Assembly (NCBI GenBank): GCA_016748015.1
Contig: JAAOMT010000175.1
Location: 575,498-639,497, forward strand
Direction of reading: 5' to 3'
Length of the DNA stretch: 64,000 bases
DNA from: Geosiphon pyriformis uo1
Taxonomy: Eukaryota; Fungi; Glomeromycota
In this document: positions 1-13,633 of the stretch, in pieces
Layout of the letters: each line of letters starts with the position of its first letter
How positions within the stretch are numbered: the stretch's first letter is position 1
Notes under the pieces: generated by a model
The model's input: the letters and a program-made list of their open reading frames with translations, nothing else
Told to the model about the DNA's origin: nothing
Databases searched by the model: none
Translations under genes and position numbers: made by a program

Positions 1-28
1 CGACGAGAAACTTGCCTATGATTCCATC

Positions 29-1840
29 ATGTCACATTCTTACACTTTACTTCTAACCCTCTCATTCTTGGCTGCAATATTAATATCTGTGAATAGCGGT
101 ACTCAATACTTGTTCTCGGTATATGGTCCTGCCGTGGGAAAAAAACTAAAATTTTCATCAGTGCAATTAAATACAATCTCAAGTGCTGCGAATTATGGCA
201 TGTTTCTTTCAAATCCACTCTTTGGCTGGATTGTAGATAACCATGGTCCAAGAAAGTTAGTTTAGGTTTCTTATATTAATTTTTACGATTTAATTGTCAC
301 GAAGAATCTAATCAATTAATATTTTTTTCGTCAATGAAATTATCAAAAATTCTAGATCCACACTCATTGGTGCTGTGGGTTTATTTAGTGGCTTCTTTGG
401 TCTTGCACTAAGTTATAATAAAATATTTCCACCTTTCTTTGGGCTTTGTGTGTTTTATCTCTTCTTGACTGGGGTTGGATCCTCAGCAGGTACTTTCTTC
501 ACCATCTAAAACTTTCTTTTATACGACATTTTAATTTTCAAATTTATCGAGCTCGTACTTTCCGAACCATTTTTCCAAGGCTTCATCGCAGCTCTTACCA
601 CTCAAGCTAAGAATTTCAAGCATCGAGGAACCGCGATTGGTGTTCCAATGGCTTTTTTCGCCATCTCTGCATTCATTTTTTCCGTAACACAAATGATCTT
701 CTTTCAAGATGATATATTTCATTTCCTCGTGTTTCTCGCTTTGTCTACTGGAATTGGAGAACTTGTTGCAAGTTATATTTTGCGAGTCATACCTGCTGAT
801 ATCGCGGAAATCGAAACTGAAATGGGAACCGAAAGTGAAATTGGGAGCATTTTCGAAGTTAATATCGAAGAGGCAATGATTAGTGAATCATCATCACCAT
901 CATCTTTACAAGGAACATCAACAGCCCCAATTCCGAGTGAACATCGTCATAATGAACAAACACCATTGCTTCATCGTAAGCAAATTCATAGCCAAGATGA
1001 GGATATTGGAGGATGGGAATTCTTCAGGAATAAAGATGCACGTTTTTTATTTCTAATCATCTTCCTTTTGGGTGGATCAGGACTGATGTATATAAACAAT
1101 GTCTCGTCCATTATAAAATTTCTTTATAAAAGCACCTCAGCACAACCATTTAGAGATAAGATGGAAGGATTCAGAGCTGAAAATAATTTACAAATATTTC
1201 AGAATTTCCATGTATCATTGCTTTCGATCTTTTCTTGCTTTGGGAGAATGTCGGTTGGATTCATCTCTGATCTCACAAAAAAAACCTTTCAACTCGACCG
1301 TCTTTGGTTCTTGATCCTCGCAAGCGTTAGTTTGTTGTCAGGTCAAGTGTTTGCTGGGTTTTTGGTTGAGAAATTAGAAACACTAGGATTAGCTACGGCA
1401 TTGATTGGATTTGGTTATGGCAATATGTTTGGAATAGTTCCTACGATCACCAGTGAATGGTTTGGCTTGCGTCGATTTGGCTCAAATTGGTGAGTGGTAT
1501 TAAAGTCAGGGTGAGCTGGACAAAAATTGAGACTTGAGAAAACCAAAATTTTCACACATTTGAAAACTTTGTAGGGGTTTTCTTTCATATGTAGGTTAAT
1601 TCAATCTATCGATCTAGTATTTTTCCCGAAATATTTTCACGTAAATTTTAAAATTTTTAGGCGATCCCGATTGGAGGTCAAATGCTATCCCTTTTATTCG
1701 CGCTGAACAAAGATTTTCAGAACCCACATTGTGCCGGACCGAAATGCTATAATCGTGTATTCTGGGTAAGCGGATTAGGATGTATTCTTAGTATGTTTGC
1801 AACATGTTATTTGCTTTTCAGAAGAGTCACGCGAGATTAA
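29..1840 (+). CDS. MFS transporter, Mch1/nodulin-like (NFD4-type), 5 exons
   Basis: Exons 29-255, 356-489, 580-1489, 1575-1590, 1661-1840 joined through GT-AG introns give one frame. Motifs: GTQYLFSVYGP, G..VD..GPR, KNF.HRGTAIGVPMAFFAISAF, GSGLMYINNV, GRMSVGFISD, SEWFGLRRFGSNWG; about 12 hydrophobic segments. Confidence 0.9.
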
Positions 1841-2371
1841 AGAAAAGAATGTTCTGATGAAAATTAATTTAATGAATAATCTGATGTAATGATAATAATA
1901 ATAATAATAATAATAATAGAGAACTGATGAGTCTTGTCATTGACTTTTGTACTGTAAACTTCATCAATTAGTGAGTTGAAAGCTTGAATTATTTAAAGTG
2001 AAAAAAAAAAGATAACCTTTACAGTAACGTTCTTTTAAAGATCTAACAAGAATTTTTGTCGGAACGTGAAAGCAGTATGGTTTATAAAATTAAAATGAGT
2101 GCAACTAATAAGTTTCATTAAAAATATCAGGATTTAAACTTCATAACCTATTTCCCTCTTAATTATAAAGCTACCTCACTTTTAATTCGCCTAGCCAAGA
2201 TGAATTGGAATTTAAAGCGTAGATTGTAAAAGTGAGTAATTTATTTAATTTATACTAATACAGGTTGAACAATTATCTCGTATTTTCTAAAACACTCATG
2301 TATCAATTGAAAATTGAAGCAAGAAACATAATATTGGTACAGCTGAACGTGAATTAGTTCGATTTGACCCA

Positions 2372-3034
2372 TTATCTTCTGGTAAAAACATGATTTCCAT
2401 TTCTACGTCCATTACCTAAACGATATTGTTCGGCTGTAGCACTTGCGGTATCATTCGATGATAATCCGCTCAGTACTTCACCCCGTTCTCCGATAAATCC
2501 AACAGCCCATAACAAACCTCTAACCAATCTGAATATTCCATATCCCAAGACCGCAAATAGGAATGCAATGAAAGCAGCGAAAAGAGCAAATCCAATTACA
2601 GGTAATACGACACCACACCCGAGTAAAACAAAGAATCCTTCGACGAAAAAGATAAAACCCCCTGCAATTGCGAAACAAATCAATGTCGTAATGGCCAAAT
2701 AGCCGAGCATTAGTACCACAGGAACTGCGTTTAACGCCGCAGCACCATAAAGGAACCATGCCAATGGTGGGAAATAAGATGATAGAGCTTTGTAGATATC
2801 AATTACTGGGTAAGTCATATGGTATAAAGTGCCGATGAATCCTTTATATTGATCTCCACCATCGTAACCTGTCGTACTCTTGAAAGTTTCCGCTGCTTTC
2901 TCAGTAAATCTTGATGCTGTTTCGGATACTTTAGCTCTAGCTTCTCGGGCTTTCTCCATAGTGCTTTCGATTAAACCTTGACCATCTTCCCCAATAATGT
3001 ATGGAGTTCCTTTTGTAGCATCATCGTCACTCAT
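2372..3034 (-). CDS. Promethin/LDAF1 (TMEM159)-like lipid-droplet membrane protein
   Basis: Single-exon 220-aa ORF with a ~85-aa continuous hydrophobic region (PPLAWFLY...AVPVVLMLGY...FFVEGFFVLLG...) resembling the promethin signature P..F...AVP...EG; charged amphipathic N-terminus. Confidence 0.6.
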   Translation of the reverse strand: MSDDDATKGTPYIIGEDGQGLIESTMEKAREARAKVSETASRFTEKAAETFKSTTGYDGGDQYKGFIGTLYHMTYPVIDIYKALSSYFPPLAWFLYGAAALNAVPVVLMLGYLAITTLICFAIAGGFIFFVEGFFVLLGCGVVLPVIGFALFAAFIAFLFAVLGYGIFRLVRGLLWAVGFIGERGEVLSGLSSNDTASATAEQYRLGNGRRNGNHVFTRR

Positions 3035-4233
3035 GATCTCGAGAGGATTGGAAGATAGGAATCAGGGCGTCCTTTGTTAATTGATTTCCTTTAAATTTTT
3101 TTTAGAGTATATAGGAATAGAAGGAGAAAATGACTTGTTTCATTCGATATTGAAATATTGAATAATTTGTGCCGTATTTTATAAGTTTTTTTAATCATGA
3201 TAGCTATCAATGCTGATTTGATTTTACTAAGTTTCATGCGAAATGTATTTTGGAATGACGGAAATTACGAATTATGATAAAACCATCAAATTATGAGATG
3301 ATATAATGTCGCCCTCATGTTCAGGAACCCTAAAAATTATGATCATATAACAGTTTTGTTGCCCCAAGATTTCATGATTAGGAGTTAGCAAAATTAAGCG
3401 ACCTTAAATCTTGATTTCTTGGCAATTATAAATTGTAATTTTGTGATCTTTGACGAAACAATAGCAAGGAATATCAAGCTGATGATGCGACAGTTTTGAC
3501 CGAAGAGATAATTGAAAATCTTGTTTAAAAATTTAGAAATAATTTTTAAGTGAAGTTATAGGTTTATATTAGAATTTTAAGGTAAAATATTGTTTGATCA
3601 CCCATCATCAAATCATTATTTTTTACTTAATCACCTTTCAAATATTGTGTATATGATTGAGTTTTTTTAGATGAGTTTAAAAATTTTTAAAAATACATGA
3701 AACTGATTTCAAATTTAATTAATTGATTCAAATCAACTACAATGACTAAAAAAATGTTTTTTTTTTAACTTTCTTATTGTAGATAAAAAAAAAATCAAAA
3801 GAATTTTCTAGGAGATTCTCAACATAAAGATATCTAAATTGGTTGAAAAATTCTTTACTAGGAATTCTAATAACAATTCATGATTTTTTGAATGATATTT
3901 AACTTAAAATTAAGTTTGTGTAATTTTTTTGATCATTAATTATTAAATCAGTTGTTTATTATTTATATATTTGTAAAATAAAATTTATTCAACCGTGAAT
4001 GTGAGACTTTAAAAGTTTTATTATGAGTTGTTTTTAAGAAGGTTTTGTACATTTATTGAGTAAGTTTTAGACGAAAGTATTTTAAATTTCAAAGAATCGT
4101 ACAACAAAGAAAACGCATATTGCATATAAAATTAAAAATTCAACGTTATTTATCTTTCCAAAGAATCAAAATCTTCAATTTTAATGAATAAGGCTAAACT
4201 GGCGATAGCTGAAGATATTAATCCTCATCAAAT

Positions 4234-4355
4234 TCAAAGAGAATCTAAAAAGATAGAAGGGAAAAGATATTAGCAACTGGTAGATTATTAAAAATTCGAT
4301 CGAATTAATTCCTTGATTTTTTCTTTTTACCTTCAGGGAGGTACAAAAATTCTTT

Positions 4356-4398
<43 letters not shown>

Positions 4399-5843
4399 GG
4401 ATTGAGAAAAATGGTTGTTAAATTCGTAAAAAATAAATAAATAAATAAATAAATAATCTAACATAGAAACAAAAAATTACGAAAGAAAACCTGTTGATAA
4501 TCCACTCGTTTGAAGTGATAAAGGACGACTTGAATAGATTGCTTCGGAATGAATTGGTTCAGAAATGAATGATTCGTCGATTTCACAAATATCTTCTACA
4601 TGGTTTTCTGCTTCTAAAAACTGTGCAACTTCGGGTGTAGACTCATTATACTCAAGGGCATTCATTAATCTTATAAGCGTAAACTCTGCTTCCTTAGCGG
4701 TAGGTCGATTTGATGGGTTGGGGTCCCAACATTTTTTAATTAGTTCAGCATAGCAAGATGGAATTGTATTAGGAATCTGAGGTCTGACACAATTCAAAAT
4801 ATCCATTATGAGACTGATGTTATGAGGACGATTATGAAAGGGAGGCTTTAACGTTGCCAGTTCCCACAATAACATGCCAAAACTGTAAATATCACCGGCT
4901 GTCGAGTACTCTTCACCTCGAAAAACTTCTGATGGAATGTATGGAACCACTCCAAATATTTTTTTTTCAGCCAACTTTTTATTTGCAGGTTGACATAATC
5001 CAAGGTCACAAATTATTGCGCTGCCAGGATAATATTGTAAAATATTGCCCGAGTGAAGGTCACGATGAACCATACCCGATTCATGAATTTCAACTAATCC
5101 CTCGGCAATACTTTGGGCTATTTTTAATTTAACATGCCAATTAGTAGAATTTGTCGACAAAAATTTCCTCATATCTCCGTATTCGGCAAAGCAGGTTACG
5201 AAACCGAAATCAAGGGTTTTTGGATTTTGAGTGATGCCAATTACTTGAGAAATCTTATCAATGTATCTATTGGAACTCACTATAGATCTTTCAATATTTA
5301 TCTATTATAATGGGGAAAATTAATTAAAAATTGAGCGGTTTGAATAGTATTAAATTTTATCGATAACTGAGTAAAATAGAAATATTTGATTGCCTCTTTA
5401 AAGATCTCTTCACTCAATTCTGGATTATTCATGAATTTTATAGCCACATCTTGGGGTCCGCATCTCTTATGATCTAATTCACCATGGTGTTTTATACTAT
5501 AGGCATTAAGCTTTCCATCAATCCAGGTTGCTTTATGAATTGTACCAAATCCTCCCTTTGCAATAAAAGAAATATTCTTGAAGCGGTCATAAGGAATCCA
5601 TTCATAATAAAAAAATTTCGCAGAATCATTTTCATTCATGGGTGGTATATAGATTGGATTTTTGACGATATCGTCAACAGTTGCGTTTCCGCTCGAGAAA
5701 TCTTTATGAAGCTTTTCAAAAAATAAGAAACGACATGTTTCACACACATTTTTTCCATTATTTCGGGCACTTAATTTGCACTTTGGACATTCGTTGCAAT
5801 CATGATGATCGGGTCGAATTCTATTAATTTGAGGTTGTTCCAT
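4234..5843 (-). CDS. Tyrosine-kinase-like (TKL) protein kinase with Cys-rich N-terminus
   Basis: Exon1 5843-5394, GC-AG intron 5393-5302, exon2 from 5301. Motifs EWIPY, IAKGGFGTIHKA, VAIK, HRDLHSGNIL, DLG, PYIPSE, DIYSFG, CWD..P.NRP. The 3' end is either the stop at 4477 or splicing at 4491 to micro-exons 4351-4331 and 4244-4234. Confidence 0.9.
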
Positions 5844-7179
5844 TGGTTCAATTGAGAATATGAATAATTATGAATAATAGGCTAATTTTACGGGTCTTTG
5901 TCAATAAATTTGTTTTTGAACCGCTAATAATGTGCGTTTAAACTTGGGGATCTTTTATATATTGTTTTTATTCTGTATCCGCTAAACCAATTTTGTTTAA
6001 TAGACATTCTAGCTTCACATTTAGTTTTTTTCTTGAAGATTAATTTGAAACGGCTGAAAACTTTTTTCTGCATCAAAAATGTATATAGAATTTTCTATAG
6101 AAGTTCTTTGTTCCAAAGATAATCTAACCTAGTCAAATTAAAAACATCCTATTCTTAAGCTTTTGATTGTGATCAAAGATGGTGTAATAGCATTCAAAAC
6201 TGCAAGCGACTGAAATAAGGAAAGAAAAACGCCATAGTACATATTGTACAATAAGAAATCAAATCAAAATTTTTTCATTAAATGTAGTTTATTGTTTTTC
6301 TTGATGCAACATTGAATCGAGAAAAAACCTATATTTTCTCAAGTTTTTAAAATGTCGAGTAATGCGTGTTTTGAAATTCTTTTTAAGTGAAAGATATCTT
6401 GTGAATTTGAAATAAAAAAATATAAGCAATTAAAAATTTTGAAAAAGTTTTATCAATGAGATATCTATCAAAAAAAAAAACTTTGTGTCATGTGATGATT
6501 AAGAATAATCAAATAAATTATATCTCCAAAAAGTTTTTTCTATCCAATTTTATTAATAATGAAAAAATGCATATTATTTTTAACCTTTACTTTATTAATA
6601 AAGAAATTACAGATCCAAGTTATTAAGAAAAATAGATATTTTGAGGGATTAAAAATTCAAACTTGAATTGAACTCTTTACAAAAATGTTATGAACTATAT
6701 AAATCCAATATTTAACTCTGATTAAAAAATTACAATGGGATTTATGCATCCAAAACAATGTATATAATGAATTCTAGTCAAGTTTCAAATTTTTGTAATG
6801 GCATCCATCATCCATCCATCCATAGATATCATAATCTAAAAAAAAGTTTTAAATTCGAATGATAGGTTTGTTATTGACAAAATATTGAAACTATCATAAA
6901 TTGAAAAATAACAGATAAGAATTAATCACTTATCAGTTATCATTTATTTTGATTTATTTCGTATTAGGATCAAAATATAAATGATCATTGATTGATTAAT
7001 TTTTTTGAGGAAAAAAAAATATTCTCTCGTTTTTGTTTAAAGAGGTTAGCTAATAGACTAGCTAAAAAAAGTCATAGACTTTTGAACCACTTGACGAAAG
7101 AAAATTTTATAAACATAATATATATATATATATATAATCTTTATAGAAAATAGTGATAAAAAAATTATTTAGGACAAAA

Positions 7180-8606
7180 ATGTATTCCCAATTAATCTTG
7201 ACTATTTTTATTTTCTTGGGATTTGTTCAAGTGGTTCGATGTCAAAATAAAGATAACAGCACTGATAAATTTGACAAGTTTGTAGTTTTTGGTGACTCTT
7301 GGTCTGGTAAGTCTGTTTTCATATCTATGAAAAGTTGATTCAAAAGTTCTTCGAAAAAGATTTATATAATCATATTTTTCATTCCTTCATAAATTTTTAT
7401 TTTAGATAATGGAAATACATTTCGTTTGACAGGTGGGAACTTTCCATCACCTACAGAATTTTATTATAGTGGTCGATATTCAGATGGCCCTTTATGGTCC
7501 GAATTCTTATCAAATGTGCTGGGTACCACATTTTTTGATTTTGCATATGCTGGGGCTTCGACAGAGTAGGTGATAATTAAAAATTTGTAGTCAATTTTGT
7601 AATGGTGAATTGATTCAGACAATGAAAAATTGAAAATTTGAAAATTTTGTAATTCTTCTAATTTTATTTTATAGCAATAATCAAATTCAAGGTAAATTTA
7701 GTCAAACATGTGTTGTTAAATATATAAATTTTTTTTGGTTCTAAATTCCAAGATTTAAATCTTAAAAGCTAAAACATATTTTATTTCTAATCAAAGGATA
7801 CGTACCAGGAGGTGGTCTAGAAAATAATGTTCCATTAATTTCTGTTCCAGGATTGATTCAACAAATTGAAAAGTTTAATGAATTTCAGGCGAGTAAAAAT
7901 GGGACATTGGATTTAAGTCGTACTTTGGTTTCGGTAAGTTATTTTTCGATAAAGTTTTTGAATATATAAATTGATAAAATCAAGAATAAAATTTTTAAAA
8001 TAAACCTACGAATTAATTTTTTATTAGACCTGGCTTAAGGGAAAACAATATTTTACATTTTCTTACACCAACAGTAGTACTGGTATCACCGTTGCCACCC
8101 CTCCTGAATTAGTTATTCAATCTTTTCTAGAAGCTTGGAAAAAGCTTTATTCATTCGGTATTCGATTTTTCTTGGTTTTAACCCTTCCTTCTATCACCTC
8201 TTTTCCATTCTATTCCAAACTTCCTTCTTCTCTCTCAAGTTTACTTCAAAATATAACCCAACAACATAACGCTCTTTTAAGTAGCGCGATCGTCAATTTT
8301 CAAACAACATATCAAGGGGTGAAATTTTTCTTTTTTGACTTTGAAAAGTTTAAAATGCAATACGTAGAAAATAGACGAGGTTTCAATAACTTGTTTGATG
8401 AAATCGGGGTTTGTGTTAGAGAGGTTACGAAATATGATACCGAAGAAGTTGAAGGGGAAATAAGGGAAAAACAAGGGGTTGAAAAATGTGGAGATGAAGG
8501 ACAAGTTTTTTGGTATGATTTATGGAATTTTGGACGAGATATTCATAAAGCTTTAGCTGAAAGAATTGGAGGGACGTTCAAAGGAGGCTGGAGGGAACAG
8601 TTATGA
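7180..8606 (+). CDS. Secreted GDSL/SGNH (CE16-like) esterase homologue 1, catalytic His and oxyanion Asn substituted
   Basis: Exons 7180-7306, 7406-7565, 7675-7691, 7797-7933, 8028-8606. Signal peptide; VVFGDSWSDNGN, GRYSDGPLW, FAYAGAS; block III reads TWLKGKQY; block V reads FWYDLWN. Confidence 0.85.
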
Positions 8607-9214
8607 ACGAGATGTTTGTATTCAAAGGAGAGAGTGATAATTAATAATTTATTCGGGAAAATGAGATTTGAAATCTTGAAAATTTAAAAGAGTTGAAAGT
8701 TTAATAAGAATTTTAACCGTTTTCCCTATATCTATATATATATCTATATATGGTAACTAAAATATTTTCAAAGAGTTTTTTACCGTTACGAATTTAATAA
8801 AAGAATATAAAGTAAATTTTTTAAAATGTGTATTCTATAATCTAAAAAATCATTAAAAAATTCAAAAAGAAAAAAAAATGAGAATTTATATCTGAGGAAT
8901 ATATTCAATAGACAATAAAGTTTCATGGTATTTCAATTTTAAATAGAATACGTTTTCTTTATCGAACTTGGTGAAAGTGGGGATAAATTTAAATGACAAA
9001 TCAGAAAAAGAAAATTTATTATTAAAACAATTTTCAACTTTTTCGAAGATGAAACGTAAAATATTTTGAGAATTTGAAAAGTCAAAGATTAATACTTAAA
9101 AAAATTAGTAAAAAAAAAAAATTCTTTGTAAAAAAAAAAAAAAAAAAAATGAAATCCAATTATTAAATCTGCTGAAATTGATACAATATACATGTGACAT
9201 GTAAATTTAAAAAT

Positions 9215-10819
9215 TCAGACGCTTGGAATCTTGTCCAATTCTTTACAATGACCCATTGTTGTCCCAAAATATGGACCAACGTGTGATTTGTTTTCATTAT
9301 CAATAGAATGATCACCGATTCCAGAATTACACTCCTAATAAATTAAATTATTTCAATTTTCAATTTCAATTTAAAGTAACACATCACATCAAAGATCTTA
9401 CGGTACCGGGTGTTCGCCACTAGTTAACCCTTTCCATGGTCTATAACCAGCACATTCCCAAAGTGCTAATCCATTAGTTGTTTCATCAACCGGTAGATCA
9501 CAATTACAATCCGGCTCAGCTAGCCAATATTCTAATTCATGATGGCGATATTCCTCGGGAGAATTATATAATCTTGGAATGAAATCATTAGTATGTGTCA
9601 CACGAAAGACGCTAATTAGTTGATTGGTTAAAGCGGCAAATGAAGGAGGTCCAATCCTTGGTTGTCCAAATGTGGTAACATGAATTTTTAGTCCCTGTGG
9701 TGGCCATTGGTTGACATTTCCACGAAGATCAATTTCAAGTGCTAAGGCTGTTAATACTGCGTATGCTATAAAATTTCAGAATTGCGCGATTCCGATTAAA
9801 AGTGGAATATTTTAATAATATATAGTAAAGAAATATTTACCCCCACCGATACCATGGCCGGTAAAAAATATTTTAGGATTTTTCCATTCACCCAGTACAC
9901 CTGTTTTATTTAAGAGGCCTTTCATCAATTCCAAAAACTCTGGAATAAAAATTCCAACGGTAATCTGCAATTCATCGTCAACAAACGTATCGGTCGGTTG
10001 AGGAAATGGACTATGATATGGTGCAAGTCTTTGCTGTCGTCTTTTCCATCTTTTAAAAGACATTAGTTTATTCTTGAAAAATCCAACAATACTTTTAGTA
10101 TCATGATCTATATATATATTCACTAAATCTGAATAAGAGAAAAAAAAGAAAAAGAAATTTGAATTTGAATTTGAATTTTTTGGAAGTTTTTTTTTAGTGT
10201 AATTTTCAAATTTAAAAGATTTAACTATTAAAAATAAACTTAAAAAACCTCGCCGATCTTTAGGGTCCTCTCCGAATCCTTTTGGAGGTCTAGTTTTAAA
10301 AGGACAATAACCAAAATTAGCAAAAACTGCTAAATGGCTCAAAAACTTGATTGTCCTTTCATCGGTTATTCGATGTCGTTTATAATAGGAAGGAATTTTT
10401 TCACGTTTTTCGTTTTTATTTTTCGATTGAAGATTTGGTGGTGAGTAATAATGATTGAATTTATCAAGATTTTTAGGGAATGAAAACGAAGGTTCTTGAT
10501 TAAACTTTTCAAGCTCCAATTTCACGGAACCATCCAAAAGTGATTCAAGTGGAATCAAATGATCAGGAATACGGTAAAGTGTCTTATTATTTAAATTTTT
10601 TTGATATTTGGAGGAGTAAGAGGAGGAGGAGGAGGAGGAGGAGGAGGAGGAGGAGGAGGAGGAGTAGTTGTAGTAGTAGTTGTAAGAGGAGGTTAATATG
10701 ATTGAAGTGATTTTAGATAAATAAATGATTGAAAGGAACAGAAAAATGATAAAGAAATATTTCAAATTATTCAGTCGTTTGAATGAGTTTACAATAAACC
10801 ATTTATTTATTTCGTACAT
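9215..10819 (-). CDS. Lipase class 3 (fungal triacylglycerol lipase fold) homologue A, nucleophile Ser>Gly
   Basis: Exons 10819-10249, 10128-9841, 9765-9407, 9334-9215. N-terminal TM and poly-Ser stalk; FTGHGIGGAYA, TFGQPRIG, RVTHTNDFIP, HHELEYW, SHVGPYFG. Confidence 0.85.
10612..10663. repeat. (GAG)n microsatellite encoding poly-Ser in lipase A
   Basis: GAGGAG run, read as TCC codons on the minus strand. Confidence 0.9.
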
Positions 10820-11775
10820 TTTTTTTTCTAGAAAAAGAGGAAAAATATTTCCTTAAAACATATTTTCTCATTTAATGGTTTTTTTATTTTTTTTTGGATT
10901 TAGTACCAAAATATTTTTTTACTTAAAAAAAAGATCTTCTTCTCCTACTCGTCCATTTATGATCCTCCTCCATTTCCCGATATGTAAATTCTAGTAAAAA
11001 TTTTTTTTTTTTTTTTTTCGCAAAAATGTTCGGAGACAATACAAATGTTAATTATTTTTATGACTAAATTAGGGGGAAAATCTATCAAATTATTAATATG
11101 TTTAAAAATATATATATATAAATGTGTGTAAAAGTAATTTTCTAAAATTGGAATTGAGAAAAATAATTTGTCAATTTTTTGAGTGTAAATTTGTTTTTTG
11201 CTAAATATGCGTTAAAATTTTTACTTTTAATTATAATTAATTATAATGGTAATTTTTTGAATAAATAAATAAATAAATAAAATAATAAAAATTATATATA
11301 GAGAAAAATTAAAATGAAAAATAAAAATTTTATACTACAAGTCAGAAACAGTATCCCAATTAATAAATTGTATGAATTTAATTACTTTTTCTAAAAATTC
11401 ATCTCTTTTAGAAATTATGTATGGTTAAAATTTTAGACGACGATAATAAACTTTATGAAACGTGATAAACTCAAGAGTATAAGAAAATTTTTTTTTAACC
11501 TTTAAATGATAAAATCATCTTTTATTTGAAAATACGAATATTTCATTATTTAAATTAATGTCTTATCAAGTAGTCAATAATCATTTAATGACTGTAAAAC
11601 ATATTCATTAATATTTTATTTCTTTAAAAAGGTAAAATACCAGAAAAAAATGATAATTAAATTATTTGCAAAAAAAAATCCAAAAAAGTATTTTTAACAT
11701 TTTTCTTTTTGAAATTTCGCAATACGCTAATCATTTTTAATATATAATGATTAAATGGGTCGTCATTATTTCAAG

Positions 11776-13633
11776 CTAATCCGTATTTATATTGGACACA
11801 CACCCATTACGTATCCAAAATATGGACCTTTATGAGTCTCGATCGGATCTATTGATCGTTTCAAACCGTAGTGGTTTATGCAATGCTGATATACAAAAAA
11901 AGTTGAAGATTAAAGTTTGGTTATTAATAATATTTTTTTGGTGGGATTTTAACTCTTAATTTCTGCAACTCAAGTAGAAAATTATTAAAAATTTACCGGA
12001 TTCTCAAGCTCATATCCGTGAGGTAATACATCGGTTCTTTTTCCAAAGCATTCGTACACAATCCATGAATTTGAATTTTTTTCCACACACTCACAATCCT
12101 TTTCATTTGATATCCAAATTTCTCTTTGTGAATGCAAGTAACCAACATCTGTATGCGGGTATCGCGGGATATCGTCATCCTGATATGTGACACGATAAAC
12201 TAAAGGAAAATTCGGAGTCCAGATTCGATTAATGTATTCCACTTGTGGTGCTGCCGCAAACCGGGGTTGACCGAACGTTACGATTTGAACATTTGAAGAT
12301 GGATTTAAGCGTTTCCACATTAGCCCTGTTAGAACTGCGTACACTGTAGGGTATCAAAAAGAGGGGAAAAATCTGAATACGAAAAAATTTATCAAAAAAA
12401 CCACAATCAGAAACTTTTTTTCAATCACAGCAACATACCACCACCAGAGCCCCATCCAGTAATTCTTAATTTGTATTGTGTAACCCACATGTTATCCACA
12501 AGGTCCTCAATCACTTTGATTAAATTTTTTTTAGCCTTTCTGAAATTTATTTGAAATACTTCATCAATGCCATCTGAATCTGGGCCGTAATATTTTTTAT
12601 TTCCGATTTCCTCGTCGGTGTTGTTGATGATATTATTCTTACGATTTTCCCATTGTTTAATTGATAATTCTGTCCCACGAACGTATATTATTATTTCTTT
12701 AGGGTTTGAGTTCGGTTTCGTTATGCCCTCCGCTGCAGGATGAATGAATGGATGAATGGATGGATGGATGAATGGATGGATGGATGAATGGATGAATGGA
12801 TGAATGGATGAATGGATGAATGGATGAATGGATGAATGGATGAATGGAAATGAAGAAAATAAGAGGGAGGCAATAAAGTTCAATCCTTCGTGTTGATATT
12901 TATTGATTAATTTTGAAAATTAAAAATTATACTGAAAAGCGAGAACAAATATGAAATAGGTAACCGGTAGTATACAAGTTTTTCTAACCTAATAAACAGC
13001 ACTAAAATTATCGTTGACTGACTTATCTCTTTCTAAAAAAACAAAACACTCACCATAAATTCCTTCCCACATTCTACCACCCATCCCTCCACCGCTAAGC
13101 CAATTCATACAAGAACTTTTTTGAGCATACTGGGCCATCTCTTTAATAAAATCCAAAAATTTCGGATCGTTTATCCTGTTTTTTTCAAAATTATTGTCAT
13201 TAGTACTATAATGTCCATGATCAAATACGTTACTACTGATTACAATTTGTTTTTGACTTTTCAAATTTATTTCATTTGAAGAGATTTGTGGGATATTTGA
13301 ACGAGGTTTATGAGTAAAGATCGAATTGAAATGATTTGATTGGTGGGTTGTGTTTAAAGTGAATGGTGGTGGTGGAAAGTTAATTGGTGAAGTGATTGAT
13401 TTCAAACCAAAAGTGAGTTCGGAATCTTGATTTGATTTATCATTAATATCATTATTATTTAGTTGAAAATTTTCGTTATAATTGTAATTTTTTACAAAAG
13501 GTTTCGGTTTAGCCTCAACGAGAAATAATAAATAGTAAAAAATAAATAAAATTCCTAGAAATATCTTCATTTCTCTTCTATTATCAAATTTCCAAAAATT
13601 TTGTGAAAATATTTTTATTTCTTTTTGAATCAT
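11776..13633 (-). CDS. Lipase class 3 homologue B, motif GWGSGG
   Basis: Exons 13633-13054 (a downstream Met at MKIFLG could be the start), 12732-12439, 12343-11997, 11885-11776. Signal peptide; YVRGT, ITGWGSGGVYA, TFGQPRF, RVTYQDDDIP, HSQREIW, THKGPYFG. Confidence 0.85.
12738..12847. repeat. (GGAT/GAAT)n tetranucleotide microsatellite in lipase B intron 1
   Basis: ATGGATGA array directly visible, just upstream of the CAG acceptor at 12735-12733. Confidence 0.9.

Noticed and set aside
4565-5726. Plus-strand ORFs 4565-4753, 4854-5132 and 5484-5726
   Set aside because: Antisense shadows of the kinase.
12738-12883. IHPF/IHSS repeat peptide in the ORF track
   Set aside because: It translates an intronic microsatellite; the exon starts at 12732.
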